Origin: Sarea resinae
Taxonomy: Eukaryota
Length of the DNA stretch: 64,000 bases
Direction: 5' to 3'
NCBI GenBank assembly: GCA_026026165.1
Contig: JAPEUD010000090.1
Location: 1-64,000, forward strand
Part shown: positions 35,901 to 50,900 of the stretch, piece by piece
How positions within the stretch are numbered: the stretch's first letter is position 1
Layout: the number at the start of each line of letters is the position of its first letter
Translations under genes and position numbers: made by a program
The notes under the pieces: generated by a model
Seen by the model: the letters and a program-made list of their open reading frames with translations, nothing else
Databases searched by the model: none
Told to the model about the DNA's origin: nothing

Positions 35901-38900
35901 CAAGACAATGCCTTTGGGCTTGCCTGTACTTCCAGATGTGAACACTACAAATGCCGCATTTTCTGGGGTTGCTCGGTTGTGGATTGGATCGATCACTGTA
36001 GCGATATTCGTGAATAACGACTCTTCGATTGTAACAACGATCTCGGCCAGGTCACGAATCAGATTCGCGTTTCTTGCGCTGGCAAGGACAACGCTAGCTT
36101 CCGAATCATTGACAACGGTTCGAAGACGATCTTTAGGATGAGATGGATCAAGAGCAACGGCAGCTCCTCCGGCTTTGAGCACGCCCAAGATGGACACAAT
36201 CGTCCACGCAGACTTTTCAAAGCAAAATGGCACTAGAACCTCAGGACCGACGCCAAGGTCTTTCAGATAGTGGGCTAGTTGCGTTGACAAGACATCTAAT
36301 TTCTGGTAGGTGAAGCTACCATCGTGAGCGGAAATTGCTGGTGCGTTTGGCTGTCTCTGGGCGGTACGCTGAAAGATAAGATGGACACAGTCCATGGAGG
36401 CTTCTGGGCGACGGCTATTCCACGTCTGGATCTGTGCTCGATCCAACTTACTAAAGAGTTCGAGTTCGTTTAAGGGTCTGTCCGGACCATCGAGAAGACA
36501 GTTGAGAGATGCGCAGAACAAGTCGGCCACACTAGCCGCTTGACGTTCCGACATTGTGGATGACCAGAAAGTGAATACGACTTTCACCTTGTCATTTGAG
36601 ACGCCAATGTTGACTGTGATGTCGTACTCTGTTGGGTCGTGTCCCTCAATCATTTCAAACGATATAGCAGGCTGCTCTGCATTGTCTGACATGTCGGTCT
36701 GCAGGGACATTGTAGTGTTGAAAAGCGGTACCCCAGACAGACCAAGCCTGTGCTGTATTTCGGCCAAAGAAGAATATTGATGGGGAAGACCGTTGATGAA
36801 ATCTTCCTGCGCTATCTCCACTATCTGGCCCAGCTTGCTACTCTCGGTGATATCAGCACGTGATATTAGCATATTGAGGAAAGGTCCGATGGCCTGGTGA
36901 ATGCCATCAATTCGGGCATCGCGCCCAGATGCGAGATAGCCGAAGCAGACGTGATCATTGCCGGTATAGCTTCGGAGAATTAAGCTCCATACTGTTTGTA
37001 AGACGTTCGACACCGTCACTCCTCGAGCCCTGCAAAAGTCGTGCAGTCGCGAAACAACATGCAAGTTGGTTTCAATTGAATGGAGCGTCCTGGGCTCATG
37101 GCTCTCGTTGAGCTGTGGGAAATGGCAAGGCTCGACCCCCTTCAGATACTGGAGCCAGTATTTAAGGGCGGTATCTGCTGGCTGATCCCGTATGTATGAA
37201 ATATAGTCGCTGTATAGCAGGCTTGGGGAAGTGTGGAGAGAGGCGTCATATGCAAGACTGATCTCTTGGAAGAGCACAGACATAGAATGTGCATCGAAAA
37301 TGGCATGGTTCATGTCTATTCGAGTGAACACTCTGCCATCAGGAGTCTGGCAAATCACAAGCCTATGCGGGGGCTGTATCCCATTATCAGACATCGGAGG
37401 GATTTGGCGGAGAGCGTCAACCGCACTGCCAATCTCACTTGAGATTCGAACGACAGATGTCTTGATGTCTTTCAACACCAGCTGGTGAAACAAGTCTCCT
37501 CCAGAAAGTCCTTGAATGAAGAGAGTGCGCAAGGCCGAATGGCGAGAAACAATCATATACCATGCTTCTTCAAGTCGATTCACGTTGATGTGTTTTGCTG
37601 ATTTCCGTGGGATCAAGCCGTGAATCACAGACATCTCATAGCTTCCCGCTTCTTTGGTTTGAGCAAGTAGGAGGCCTTGTTGTACCGGAGAGCACGGATA
37701 GATATCTTCAATGGAATTGATATTCGATATACCCATCTCCGGAAGCTTATTGTGAAGCATTGTGTCGAACTCGCCATAAGTCATAGAAAGAAGCGGGAAG
37801 TCACTCAGTGTATATTCCGGCTGTTTTGAGGCGAGGCGTGTGAGAATACCTTCAACACCTGATTGACAAAGTTCTATCCATCGACCAATAGCATCCTGAT
37901 GCTTCAGATGTTGACTGTATAGAAAGGCGAATTGCATCTTGCCTTGAACGATTTCGACCGATACTTCTATCAGTCCAAACCGGGCAATGTTCTTTCCGAG
38001 ATCGGATGCAACTTTGGGGAGATCCCTTAAGCTGGGCTTCAACAACGCGTCATCGCGCTCTAATTGTTGATACCGGCCGAAGTAGTTGAAGATAACCTCA
38101 GCGGGGAAGTGATCCTCGAACGCTTTGATGCCCTCGGAATTCAGTTGAGAAGAAGCAAAGTATGGCCAACCATTTCCTACTATCGATCTTCGTGTATCTT
38201 TAGTCCGCCGGAGAATGTCAATGATATCCTCTTCTGGATAGCTCGAAGAGGTAACTGGATAGATAGTCGTGAACCAACCCACAGTCTTAGAGACATCAAT
38301 GCTGTTATCCCAAGGCTCTCGTCCGTGACCTTCAGTGAATATATTTGGGAGTGGCCGGTCTTTGAATGCCTTCGAGAAGGAATGAACTAATACCGCCAGG
38401 AGAACATCCATGGTCTCCGTTCGGAGTGCATCATGACACCCGTTGAGGAGCTGGGCGGTTCTTGATTTATCGACGTTGAATACTTTCTTCTCAGTGGCGC
38501 CATACGTATTGCTCTGGTTCTCAACGCCCCAGAAAGAAAGATTCGCAGGTACCACGTCAAAAGGCAAACAAGAAGCAGGACTCAATTGCTTTTGGGTGTA
38601 GTCGCGTTGTAGAACAGTCCATGTCTGAAAAGGCAAGGGGGTCTCCATGGTCAGGGTTTCTGATTTTAGGAGTTGCTCAAGGTCCTCCAAGATTATCCTC
38701 CATGAGACCAGATCGACAAACAGGTGATGAGCTACCAAAAAGAGCTCAGGTTCTTGGTTTTCTTCGATGAAGATGTCCGCTGCAAAGATAGGTCCTCTGA
38801 AGATGTTCAAACTCTGTTGGCGTTGGGCAATAATTTCAGCCATCTCGACCTCTTCACTACTCGTCGCGTGAACACCTATTTGGTAGGACTGAGCAACCTC

Positions 38901-41900
38901 AAGCGTCACCCTTTGAACCCAATCCCCATCAATCGTCTGTTCGAATCGCGCTCGCAGCATCGAATGTCTCTTGACAATTGCTTCGAGCGCTCGGCCCAGA
39001 TTTGCCACTGGTACTGATCGATCGAGGCGTAAGAAGAAGCTCTGATTAAAATGAATTAGGGGCTCCGTTTCTGTGGCATCTTTCGTGGTGCGGCTCCATT
39101 CTTTCATAAACATCTTTTGGATTGGCGAGAGGCCAAATGGAGTGTCAATCATCTCGTCCTTGTCAACTGAAAACGTCACTTTTTTGGCAGACTTCGTGTG
39201 AAGGGCTAATTGCGAGATAGTCTTGCTGCGGAGGATATCTCTAAGGGTGACCGCGATGCCATCCGAATGACATCTACTCATCACTTGCATTGCCGTAATT
39301 GAGTCTCCACCGAGACTGACGAATGATCGATTTACGCCGCAATCGTCAGCACGTAGATTAAGCACTCGGCCGATTATACCCTGTAGCTGCTCCTCTGTTG
39401 CTGTTCGCGGCTTCTCATCCCCAGAAGAAAAACCCATGGCAAGGGCCTCATGATATGTGTTGGCATCAAGCTGTTCAACCCATCTCTTGACAGCTCCCGA
39501 ATCGGTCTTCCCAGAGCTTGACAGCGGAAGCGACTCCAGGACAATCCATACTGTTGGGACCATATATGCGGGGAGCCGATCGAGGAGTTGCTCTTGTATA
39601 GCTGAAATTCGAAGACCAGCAACCTCTCTCCAAATTCCAGAGACGAGCATCAAGTCGTCATTCTCCGTTCTCGAGTCTGGGATCTGGCGCAAAGACATAA
39701 CAGCTGTCAACCGCTGTTTGCAGTGACCGGTACTGGAGAAGATGACTGTAGCATGGCGGATTTCTTCACGAGCCCAGAGATGATGATCGATCTCAGCCAG
39801 TTCAATTCGCTGACCGTGAAGTTTAATTTGTGTATCCTTCCGGCCGATGAAATTCATGGTTCCATCGGGGTTGTATTTTACCAAGTCACCTGTCTTATAT
39901 ATGCGGCGGAGTTTGCTAGACGAACCTTTTAGCCAAGGAGGATTTTCTATAAAGACCTCTGCCGTCCGTTGATCGTCTTTGAGATATCCACGAGCAAGAA
40001 GCGAACCCTGGACGACAAGTTCGCCAACCGACCCCACCGGAGCAAGTTTATTATGATCTTCCGTCATGACAATCCAGGCCAAGCAACCAACGGCCCGTCC
40101 AATCAGCACTGGATCACAGCCTGGAGTCAGTAGTGCCCACTGGCAGCACATTGAACATTCCGTCGGGCCATAGCCAGAGACTAGACGAACACGACTCGCC
40201 CACGTTTCGACATTATCTTGGCCGACCGCTTCTCCACCGAGTATGATCAGTTTGAGCGCAGGGACATCGTCCGGCCGCAGGAGCCGTGCCATTGTTGGGG
40301 TCAAGAATGTCGAATTGACATTCAATTCTCTCATCGCCTTGGCCATATCTCCTGATCGTTGCTCTTCGGAAGGGATGCAGACACAACCTCCGTTGCACAT
40401 CGTCGTGAAGATGTCAAAAATACTTGCATCGAATGTGTATGAACTGAATTGGAACATTCGCGTCCTGGGATTGAAGCCAATCTGTGAACCGTGATGGACC
40501 ATGCTAGTAGCTGCTGCTATATGCTCAATCACCACCCCCTTCGGTTTGCCCGTGCTTCCTGAGGTGAAAATAAGATACATTGGATTTTCGGGAACGACGA
40601 GGGCCTGAATTTGTTCTTTGATGGCAGGAAGGCTCTCAATGAATATTCTATCGATGGCAATAACATTTTCGAGGTATTGCTCAAGGGTAGGCTCTGCAAA
40701 GATTCTCGCATTCCGAGAAGAAACAAGAACTGTCTTGGCAGATACGCTGTCGATGATGAATTGCAGGCGATTGACAGGGTATTCAGGGTCCAGTGCCACG
40801 AATGCTCCTCCAGCCTTTATAACTGCTAGCATTGAGATAATAGTCCAGGGAGATTTCTCAAAGCAGAGCGGCACAATGACCTCTGGGCCAATCCCAAGGC
40901 TAACGAGGTGTCCGGCAAGTCGAGTTGCAAGCCGGTCGAGCTCGAAATAAGTGAATGAGGTCCCTTCTGATGTATATACTGCTGGAGAATCAGGTCGCAA
41001 TCTTGCTTGTCGTTCTATAATCGTATGCACGCATTCGTAGGCCGCCTCTGGTAATTGCCTATTCCACTCCGAGACTTTCAGCGAGTCTTGCGGGCTGAAA
41101 AAGTCAATTTCGTTGAGAGATTTTGACATGGAGGCCGAGCTCAGCTGCTTCACGATATGCTCAACCTGATACGCAAGCTGCTGTATTTTGTCTTTGGATA
41201 TCACATGGCTGTCGAATTCAAAATTTAGAGTCATGTCTTTGTCGCCTAGATAGCATTCGACCGTAAGTGCATAGGTATGCAGGCCTTTCTGAGGAATTTC
41301 GATACGTTCCATACCCAAAATCTCATCACCGGCCATTGAGACAGGTTGGACCACAAAGATATTCTGAAAATTGCAGGCTTCTTGGCAACTAGGACCTAGC
41401 CTGCTGATATGTTGAAGGCCAGCATGCTCAAATGGTATCATCGCAGTAGCTTTATCTTGAACCGACTGAAGGAATTCGGCCACGGTCACCTTGAGATCGA
41501 TGTCTATTCTCATCGGCACTGTAGCAATCGTCGGGCCGATCACTTCAGTGATGCCTGGCAAAGATGCATTGCGGCCTGTGTGGGTCATGCCGAAAATGAC
41601 ATCGGTATTCCCGGAGAATTGAGCGATAACGAGTGCCCAAGCTGCAGACACAATCACGGGTGTCGTCGTGGCTGACGTGGTTATTCGATTGGCAAAGGCA
41701 AATTTGTAGTCAAATGCATCGTCGACGTGTGGCTGGTAAGTCCCAGAGAGGATTTGAGGAAATTGTGTAGGCACGGCGCCGTCCAGTTGTGACCGCCAAA
41801 AACCGTCGGATTTGATAGGGTCAGTCTGTCCGATGTACTGTATATATCGAGCAAATGGCGGGCCGGTATCGAGTGAAACACCCTTATAGATACGCTGCAC

Positions 41901-44900
41901 TTGGTCCAATAGGAGAAGGAAAGACCAACCATCGTAACAGACGTGGGACAGGGTCCAAACGAAGTGCCTGTCCTTCGTCAAGCCGTAGCGAGTAAGTGCG
42001 GAACCATAACCAATGGGAGTCCTGCGATCTTGACAGAAATACTCATCCAGGGATTCCGCTTCCTGCCACTCTATGTTATCTTTGACAACTACTTGAACGG
42101 ATTGTAGGTTTTCGGCTGGAACGATCACGGTACGCAGAACCGGGTTCATCTGCACGACCGTAGCCCAGGCCAGCTTGAAACGATCGATATCCAGGGATAG
42201 GGGTAATTTGAATGCAGCTCGATATATATATGCTTCTGGTTCCTTCATTGTGATGGCCATGAGTCCTTCCTGAAGAGGCGTACATGGGTAGATGTCCTGA
42301 ATGGAGTCACTTGGGATTCCATAATTTGTAGAGATCTCCCTCAAAATGTGTTCGGTCTTGTGATTAGTTCCTACCAACGCGAAAGCTTCCAACGGTACAT
42401 CGTGGTCCGAAGCATCGCTGACATCGCTGACTCTTTCCGCAATAACGGCCATATCGCGTAAATGCGGATAACGAAATATCTCCGATACCCCAAGCGATAT
42501 TCCCACTTTTCGGGAGTTGGAGGCCAGTCGCATGGCGGATATAGAGTCCCCGCCGACCCTGAAGAAGTTGTCATCAGCTCCGACCGATGCAGTCTTCAAG
42601 ACTTGCATCCAGAGCGCCTGAAGCTTGATCTCCATCTCAGTTGAAGGCTGCCGCTTTACATCATCGGCGAGGGAATAGACTGCCAGCTCCGAATCTGGCA
42701 ATTTACTGGCAAAGCTGCGCAAAGTCCCGCGGTCCGTCTTACCGGCACTTGAAAGAGGCATGTGCTGAAGAGGCAGGTACATTTGAGGAACCATATATGA
42801 GGGAAGCAGTTCGCTGAGTTTGGCCTGCAACGAGATCAATCTAGTTCTCAATTCTGGGGTCATTTCGGAGGCGAGGCTGGCTTTAATTTCGGAGCGGCTT
42901 TCGTCCTTGAAAGACAAAAAGGCTGTCAGTATCTGGCGTTGTGAGTCTGTCGTTGGAGCGATAGCGTCGACTGCGATATGAATTGCTTCTGAGAGGTGCG
43001 CCTTGATATGATGCTCAATCTCTCCAAGCTCGATACGTTGTCCATTGACTTTGACCTGGGTATCTTTTCGACCGACAAAGCTTAAGGTCCCGTTAGAGTT
43101 GTAACGGACTAAGTCTCCGGTTTTGTATAACCTAACACTGTGGCTCACGCCTGGGTAAGATTCAAGCCAGGCAGGCGACGTGATGAAACTGATATCTGTT
43201 TTATTCTTATCATTGAGATAGCCACGTCCTAGTAAAGGACCTTGAATGACAAGCTCGCCAACAGATCCGATTGGGGTGAGTCGATGATGATCCGTCGGAT
43301 TTACCACCCACAAAAGCGACCCAATTGCACGCCCAATGACTTCCGCGCGATAGCGTGTTCCGCTCATTGGCGTGTAAACACAGAACACACAGCATTCCGT
43401 GGGGCCATATCCAGAGATGAGATGAACTCTATTGGCCCACGCATCGAGGTTGTCTTGTCCAAGAGCCTCGCCACCAAGGAGAAGAGTCCTCAAGGTCGGA
43501 ATTTCGTCCGGGTTCAACAATCTCACCACAGTGGGGGTAAAAAAGGTGATGTTGGCCCTTGTCCTTTGGATAGCCCCAGCAATATTGCTCATCCGCTCCT
43601 CATCCGTTGGAACGCATACACATCCACCCCAGTAGTAAGTAGTAAAGACTTCCAAGATAGTGGCGTCGAATGTGTATGAGCCAAACTGAAACATGCGAGA
43701 GGTAGGACTGAATCCCATTGCAGCGCCGTGGTATGCAACGCTAGAGCAACATGGGCCGTGTTCCATCAGGACTCCTTTAGGCTTACCAGTGCTACCAGAA
43801 GTGAAGATGGAATACATAGTGTTTTGCGGTGTTACCTCACAATCTTCGAGAGAGGTATCCGTTGGCATCTCGTCGATTGTAGCCGGCGAGACGACGATAA
43901 TGGGCGAGATCACCTTTCTTAGCCGCTCTTCCGTGGTCGGTGAAGCTAGTGCAAACTTCGCGCCAACCTCGGCGATTATGAACTCCAGGCGGCCATCAGG
44001 CTGAGACGGATCAAGGAGAACAAATGCCCCACCTGCCTTCAGAACAGCGACCATGGCAATAATTGTCCAAGCCGACCTCTCAAAGCACAAAGGAACGAAC
44101 ACCTCTGACATGACTCCCATCTCTCTCAATTTGAAGGATAACCGCATCGATAAGATATGAAGATCTTCGTAGGTAAATTCACCATCCCAAGAGCAAATGG
44201 CTAGTGCTAACGGATTTCGGAGAGCATGTTCTTTTATGACCTCATGCATACATCGGTCAACCTCTTCAGGTACGTGACTGTTCCACACCTGCAGTTGTCT
44301 TTCATTGTGCTTGCTGAATAGTTCTACTTGGCCAACCGTGTGTTCCGGCTCTGAGACGATTTGCGCGATGGCTGCGCTGATCTGATTTGCAATGTTCTTA
44401 GCCTGACCATCGGCGATCTTCGAGGTCCAGTACGTCAAATCAATAACGAGCTCTCTTTCAAAGGAGCCAATATTGACCGTCAGATCAAACTCGGTGGGGT
44501 CGAAATCATTTATAGTGTTCAAAGTAATGGTCGATGGCTCCTCGGGAGAATATCTTTGGAATGACATGGCCGTGCTGAATAATCGCTCCCCAGACAAACC
44601 CATGGCGTGCTGAATCTCGGCAAGAGAACAGTATTGATGGGGCAAGCTATCAATAAAATCTTCTCGCATTTTCCGCAGGACCTTTGAAAGAGGAGTAGTT
44701 TCAGTCATATCAAGCCGGCAGATCAACATATTTATAAATGGCCCCACAGCGTCCTGGACTCCTTTCACAGGAGCATCACGACCTGATGCCAAATAGCCGA
44801 AGCAAACGTGGTCGAAGCCAGTAAATGATCGGAGTACAAGACCCCATGCTGTCTGCATCAGGTTGGCTAGAGTAAGATCGTATCGATTCGTGAACTCAAG

Positions 44901-47900
44901 GATGGATTCCCTGCTGACTTCTAATTCGACAGGAACAGACTTCAGCTCCTTGGGCTGGTCTATACCATCATCGAGTAATGGGAAGTGGCAAGGTTCCATC
45001 CCCTGCAAGTAGGATTTCCAATAATCGAGTCCCGACTGTAAGGGCTGCTGTTGGAGGTGTGATATGTAATCACTGTAAAGCGGTCTTGGGCCCTCGTGAA
45101 TATTCCCATCATATGCACGCTTGAGATCACGGAAGATCAATGCCATTGAAGTGCCATCGATGAGAGCATGGTTAATTTCCAACTTGCAGAACGTCTGACC
45201 GGCGCTGGTCCGGCAGACAGTAAGTCGATGGGGTGATCTAGCACCAGTAGCTGTGATGGGGAGCTCCTCGCCAAGCTTTTCGAGAACGTCATTTGACTCC
45301 AGATACACCGTCTCAGCTTGCATTTGCTTGAGGACAATCTGGTCAAAGACTCCATCGCGAGTCGCGCTTTCAGCGAAGATAGTCCTGAGCGAGGCATGCC
45401 GGTCAACCACATGCTGCCAGGCCTTCCCTATCTTTTCGGGTGTAACCTCATTATCGCCAATAATCTCGAAGGTAGTCCAAAATTGGTATGCTCCGGACGA
45501 TTTCATCTGACCGAGCAAAAGTCCCAACTGCATTGGAGAGCACGGATAAATGTCTTCTACCTCATCCGGACTAGTAATTCCCATCTGTGGCAACGTCTGA
45601 TTCAGAAGTATTTTTAAGCCGTCGTAGTCCAGTGGTAGAAGAGGGAAATCTGTCAGAGTGGCTTTCGTCGAGGTTTGAACCAGCCGTTCAACGGCGCTCG
45701 TGAGGGATATCTCAAAGGCCTTCACCCACAGACGTATATCGGCTTGTCTCTGCATGTTGATGTTATAAGCAAAAGAGAACTGCATGCATCCAGAGTCAAG
45801 GCCAGCTTCTATCTCAAAAAGAGAGTAGCGCTGCATCTTTGGGCTAATTTCGTTCAATTCGGGGGTGTTGTTATCGAATTGTCGCAGCAGAGCCCCTTTG
45901 CGCTCAAGTTGCTGATAGAGTCCAAGGTAATTGAACAAGATCTCAATATCCTTATTTTCTGATGCGATTCCAGCAACTTCCAGATTCAGATAGCGAGAGC
46001 TAAAATAAGGCAGGCCATTTCCGGGAATGCGCCGACGCGTATCCTTGGTATATTGCACCATATCAACCACATCGGCGCTGGCACTTTCAACATGGACTGG
46101 ATACATAGTCGTGAACCAGCCAACTGTTCGGGATAGGTCAATATCATCATTCCATGGTTCTCTTCCGTGTCCTTCTAGAAAAACTGCCGGAGAGCTGCGA
46201 TCCGCAAAGGTTTGCTTGAATGAGAGCATAAGGGCTGCGAGCATCACATCAAGAGGTTCCGTCCCAAAGGCCGTATGACAGTCTTGGAGAAGCTGACTAG
46301 TCAATCGAGGGGAGATCTTAAACGTTGATTGCCGTGTCTCTCCAAATAAATTACTGTGGTCTGTCATGTTCCAGTACCCAAAATCTGCGGCTGGGGGAGT
46401 GAAGGGCAAGATATCCGTAGGTGCGACTTGCTCAGTGATGAATCCCGATTGCAGCCTATTCCAGGTCTGGAAGGTCATCGATTTCTCAGACGACATCTCT
46501 CCGCTAGTCAGTATTTCCTCCAAGTCATGAAGTATGATGCGCCATGACACCAAATCGACTACGAGATGATGTACGGTAAGAAATAATACTTGAGTTCCGT
46601 TCAAGTTGAAAAGATTCCCGGCAACCAGAGGCCCCTTTTCAATATTCAGACCGGTTTGGCGGGTACGAACAATATTCATCATTTCTTTGCGGTCACAGAC
46701 CGTGTTGACATCGAAATCATATGCACCAGATACGGTATCCGTCACAAATTGCGCCCATCCGTTGGGGCTTTCTCGGAACCGAGCTCGAAGCATAGGGTGA
46801 TACGAAATGATTCGATCAAGTGCAGGAGTGAGACTTTCGGGCTGCACCCATCTGGTCAATTGCAGCAGGAAGCTCTGATTGAATTGGTTCTCTCCGGCGG
46901 GAGCTAGATCGAAGAACATTTGTTGGATTGGTGAAAGTCCGAACTCTGCACCCGTGACGTCAGTTACCTCGTTCGAGTCCGGATTGTTTTGCGGAGCCTG
47001 CGACGTTGCGTGTAAGGCAAGCTTTTCGACGGTTCTCAGGCGAAGGATATCTTGCACACTGATGCGGACATTTTGGGTCCGGCAGCGCGACATGAGTTGC
47101 ATTGCGGAGATTGAATCACCCCCCAGACTTAAAAAGGAGCTGTCAATGCTGATCTGGTCTCTGCTGAGATTGAGAATCTGGCAAAAGGCCGATTGAATCG
47201 TTTTTTCTGTCTCTGTCTTCGGAGCAGTGAAAGTTCCTCCTTCTGCGAGCTCGGCCACAGAGCGATAAGTTTCTTCGGTCATTTCTTCAAGCCAGGTTTT
47301 AACTACTCGTCTGAACATCTTTCCAGAAGCGTTGAGAGGGATCTTTTCCACGACAACCCAGACAGCTGGAATCATATAAGGTGGAAGCTTCTCAGACAAA
47401 CGACTTCGGACCGTTGCAATTGCCTTGGACGCAACGAGCTTCTGTGGACCTGAAATGACATTGACAGTGTTTCGATCGTCGGTAGGGGAAGACAGGTCCT
47501 GAAGGGATAGGACAACAACAAGACGACCCTGACATTGGCCTTGTGTAGGAACCGATAGCAAAGAATGCCTGATTTCGGGACTGGCCGAGAGATGATACTC
47601 AATTTCTCCCAGCTCAACCCTTTGGCCGTGGACCTTAACTTGGGTGTCTTTTCGTGCTACATAGCTCAATGTCCCATCCATATTATATCGGACAAGATCA
47701 CCGGTCTTATAAAGACGGCGATGCTTTTCTGCACAGTATTTCCCAAGCCAGGGAGGATCCTGGATGAATGCGGCTTCAGTCTTCTCGGGGTCTTTGAGAT
47801 ACCCCCTTGCGACTGTTCGCCCTTGAACGAGCAACTCTCCGACGCACCCAATAGGGGCGAGCTTGTTGTGGTCTGAAGGCTCCGCAACCCATAAAATGGC

Positions 47901-50900
47901 ACCAATCGGCCTCCCAAGATTTGAAGGAAGGCTGCTCTGTGTTGCAGGAGGATTGCCAGAGCAATATATAGAACACTCGGCCGGCCCATAGCAGATTATT
48001 AAATCCAGATGATCAGCCCAGGTCCGTATATTTCCATTCGTAGCGGCCTCGCCCCCAAGGACTAATCTCTTTAGTCCCGGAACGTCGCGGGGGTCAAGTA
48101 AATTAGCCACCGTTGGTGTCATGAAGGTATAGTTGACATTCATCTTGTTGATGACACCAGCAACGTTATTCAGGCGATCGAGCTCCGAAGGAATGCAGAC
48201 GCATGCACCACGCATGATAGTAGTTAGGAAGTCACCCACACTAACGTCAAATGTGTGGGCAGCGAATTGAAACACACGAGTACCAGGGCCGATTCCCCAG
48301 GCGCTGCCGTGCGCTCGGGAGCTCGTACAGTATGAAGCATGTTCGAGTACAATACCCTTGGGTTTCCCTGTACTACCCGAAGTGAAGAGAACCACCGCAG
48401 GATTGTCAGGCTTAGCTCGAGATGGCAAACTGCCTTGCCTTATCGGAAGCTGTTCGAATAATGACGGTCCCGCAAGGACAACGGCATTGACCAAATGTTC
48501 GAATAGATGGCCGTGCTGCGGTGCCGCTACCAATATGGTAGACTCGGTATCCTGGATTATGCCTTGAAGTCGATCAGGAGGGTGGGTAGGATCCAGAGCC
48601 ACACAAGCGCCACCAGCTTTCAAGACCGCCACCATTGCGACCACATTGTAAAGCGACTTGTCAAAGCAGAGCGGAACCAGCATCTCCGGACCTACTCCCA
48701 ACTCTACGAGATGCCATGCCAATTGATCGGAAAGTTCATCGAGCTGAGCGTAAGACAGATCGCCGTCCCAAGCACAAACTGCCTGGGCATCAGGCTGAGC
48801 TAATACCTGTTGTTTGAAGATTCCAGGAATGCAGTCTTCGACAACCTCGGGAGTCATAGAGTTCCACGACAGTATTTGGGCCCTGTCAAACGAACTCAGC
48901 ATATTGATTGCTCCGACGAACACATCGGAAGAGCTTGAAAGCTGATTGACCAAGTGTTCAAGCTGATACATTATATGCTGCATTTGCTTCGTCGAGACAA
49001 CAGAGTTATCAAAGTCAGCCAAGAATTTTATTCCACCCTCACTCAACAAGCACTGCATAATCATAGCATAAGTGTGAAGTCCAAGTGCCGGAACATCTAC
49101 CGTCTCAAGGCCGATACTGCTCCTATGCAGCGCGTCTGCTGGCTGAACGACAAGGAGATTCTGAAAGTTGCAAGCTCGCTTTGAGTCAGCGCTAATGCTT
49201 CTGATGTTCTGTAATCCAGTATGCTCAAATGGGATCATGTCTGTTGCTTGGTCTTGGATCTTTCTCAGAAGATCAGAAACCGGTACAGTATCATCGAGGC
49301 CGACTCTGAGAGGAACCGTACAGATCGTTGGACCAAGTGTTTCAGTGATACCTGGTAGTGGAGCATTTCGGCCAGTCAATGTCACGCCAAAGACAACATC
49401 ATCTTCTGTATGAGAGTATTTCGAAAGAAGAATAGCCCAAGCCGCCCGAATCAATGTCGACGTAGTAATATCTGATTTGTCTGTTCGAGAGAAAGAAATT
49501 TTATGTTCGATGGTTTCATTCACCAAAGGCTGGTAGGCGGCAGAAGGGAGCTGTGGGAATTTTGGAGGCGCAGAGCCGGAAAGCTGCGATCTCCAATATG
49601 CCTTGGATGCCTTGGATGCTTCCACATCTCCGTCAGAAAGGTATTTGATGACGCGCTTGAATGGCGGCGCCGGTTCTACTAAAGATTTGGCATATGCCTT
49701 TTCCACTCTTTCTAAGATGAGCGGAATTGAAAATCCGTCTACGGTGGAGTGATGTGCCGTCCAGACAAAATGAGGCTCGTTGATTCCACTTTCGATGATT
49801 GCAAATCTCGTCAACATTTTGCCATACTCCATGCGATCTTGCCTATCAGCAAGTATGTAGTCTTCGAGACTTGAAGTGAGTTTCCAATTGATTTGGTGAC
49901 GAAGCACGACCTGACAGGAACCTAATTTGTCCGTGTGGATGATTGTAGTTCGCATTAGCTCAGCCTCCTGAAAGACAAGATCCCAAGCTGCACGGAATCG
50001 ATCTAGATCAACATTCTTGGGGATTCTGTACACATTCCGAAAGACGTATGCACTTGGCTCTTTCATTGTGATTGCCATAAGACCTTCCTGGAGTGGTGTG
50101 CATTGATATGCATCTTCGACCCTATCAGCTTCAATTCCGCACGACTCCGTAATCTCCCGAAGAAGGCTTTCAATGTTCGTGTTTTGAAGCAAAGAGAACG
50201 GTTCAATGTCAGGTTCGATGCCGTTTGTCACTGCTTGTCCGAAAAGAGCCATGTCGGAGAGCTTTGGATGTCGGAAAATGTCGGTGACAGCAAGGGATAA
50301 TCCCGATTTGCGTGCAAAAGTAACCAATTTCATTGCCCGAATAGAATCACCTCCAAGCCGGAAGAAATTGTCATCTGCCCCGATGAAATCTGCGGTGACG
50401 TTTAGAGCTTCCGCCCAAAGCGTCTGAAGACGCTTCTCGGCCAATGTCTCGGGATGCCGCTTCTGAGCATCGCCTAAGAAATATGAAGATAATTCCTCTT
50501 TCCGAAAGCTTCCTGCCAGTGAGCGGAGAGTGAGGCGATCCAGCTTCCCCGAGGTTGAAGTTGGCATGAATGCCAGGGGTATGTAAAGGGATGGTACCAT
50601 GTATGACGGTAGGGACTCGGTCAATCGGTCTTGTAGAGATCTCAAAACCGAGAGAAGCTCGTTAGATAACGGCAGTATCAATTTGTCGGAGGTGGCGACT
50701 CGTCTCGTTTCAAAGGCTAAGAACGCTGCTAGAACAGGTTTGTCATTCAAACTTTTCAACCTTATCATCTCCACAGCAGCGGTCTTTACAGCTTGAGAAT
50801 GTCGATTCACATGGGTCTCGATCTCGCCCATTTCAATACGCTGACCAAACATCTTGACTTGCGTATCTCTTCGTCCGATGAAGCTTAGAGTTCTATCCGG

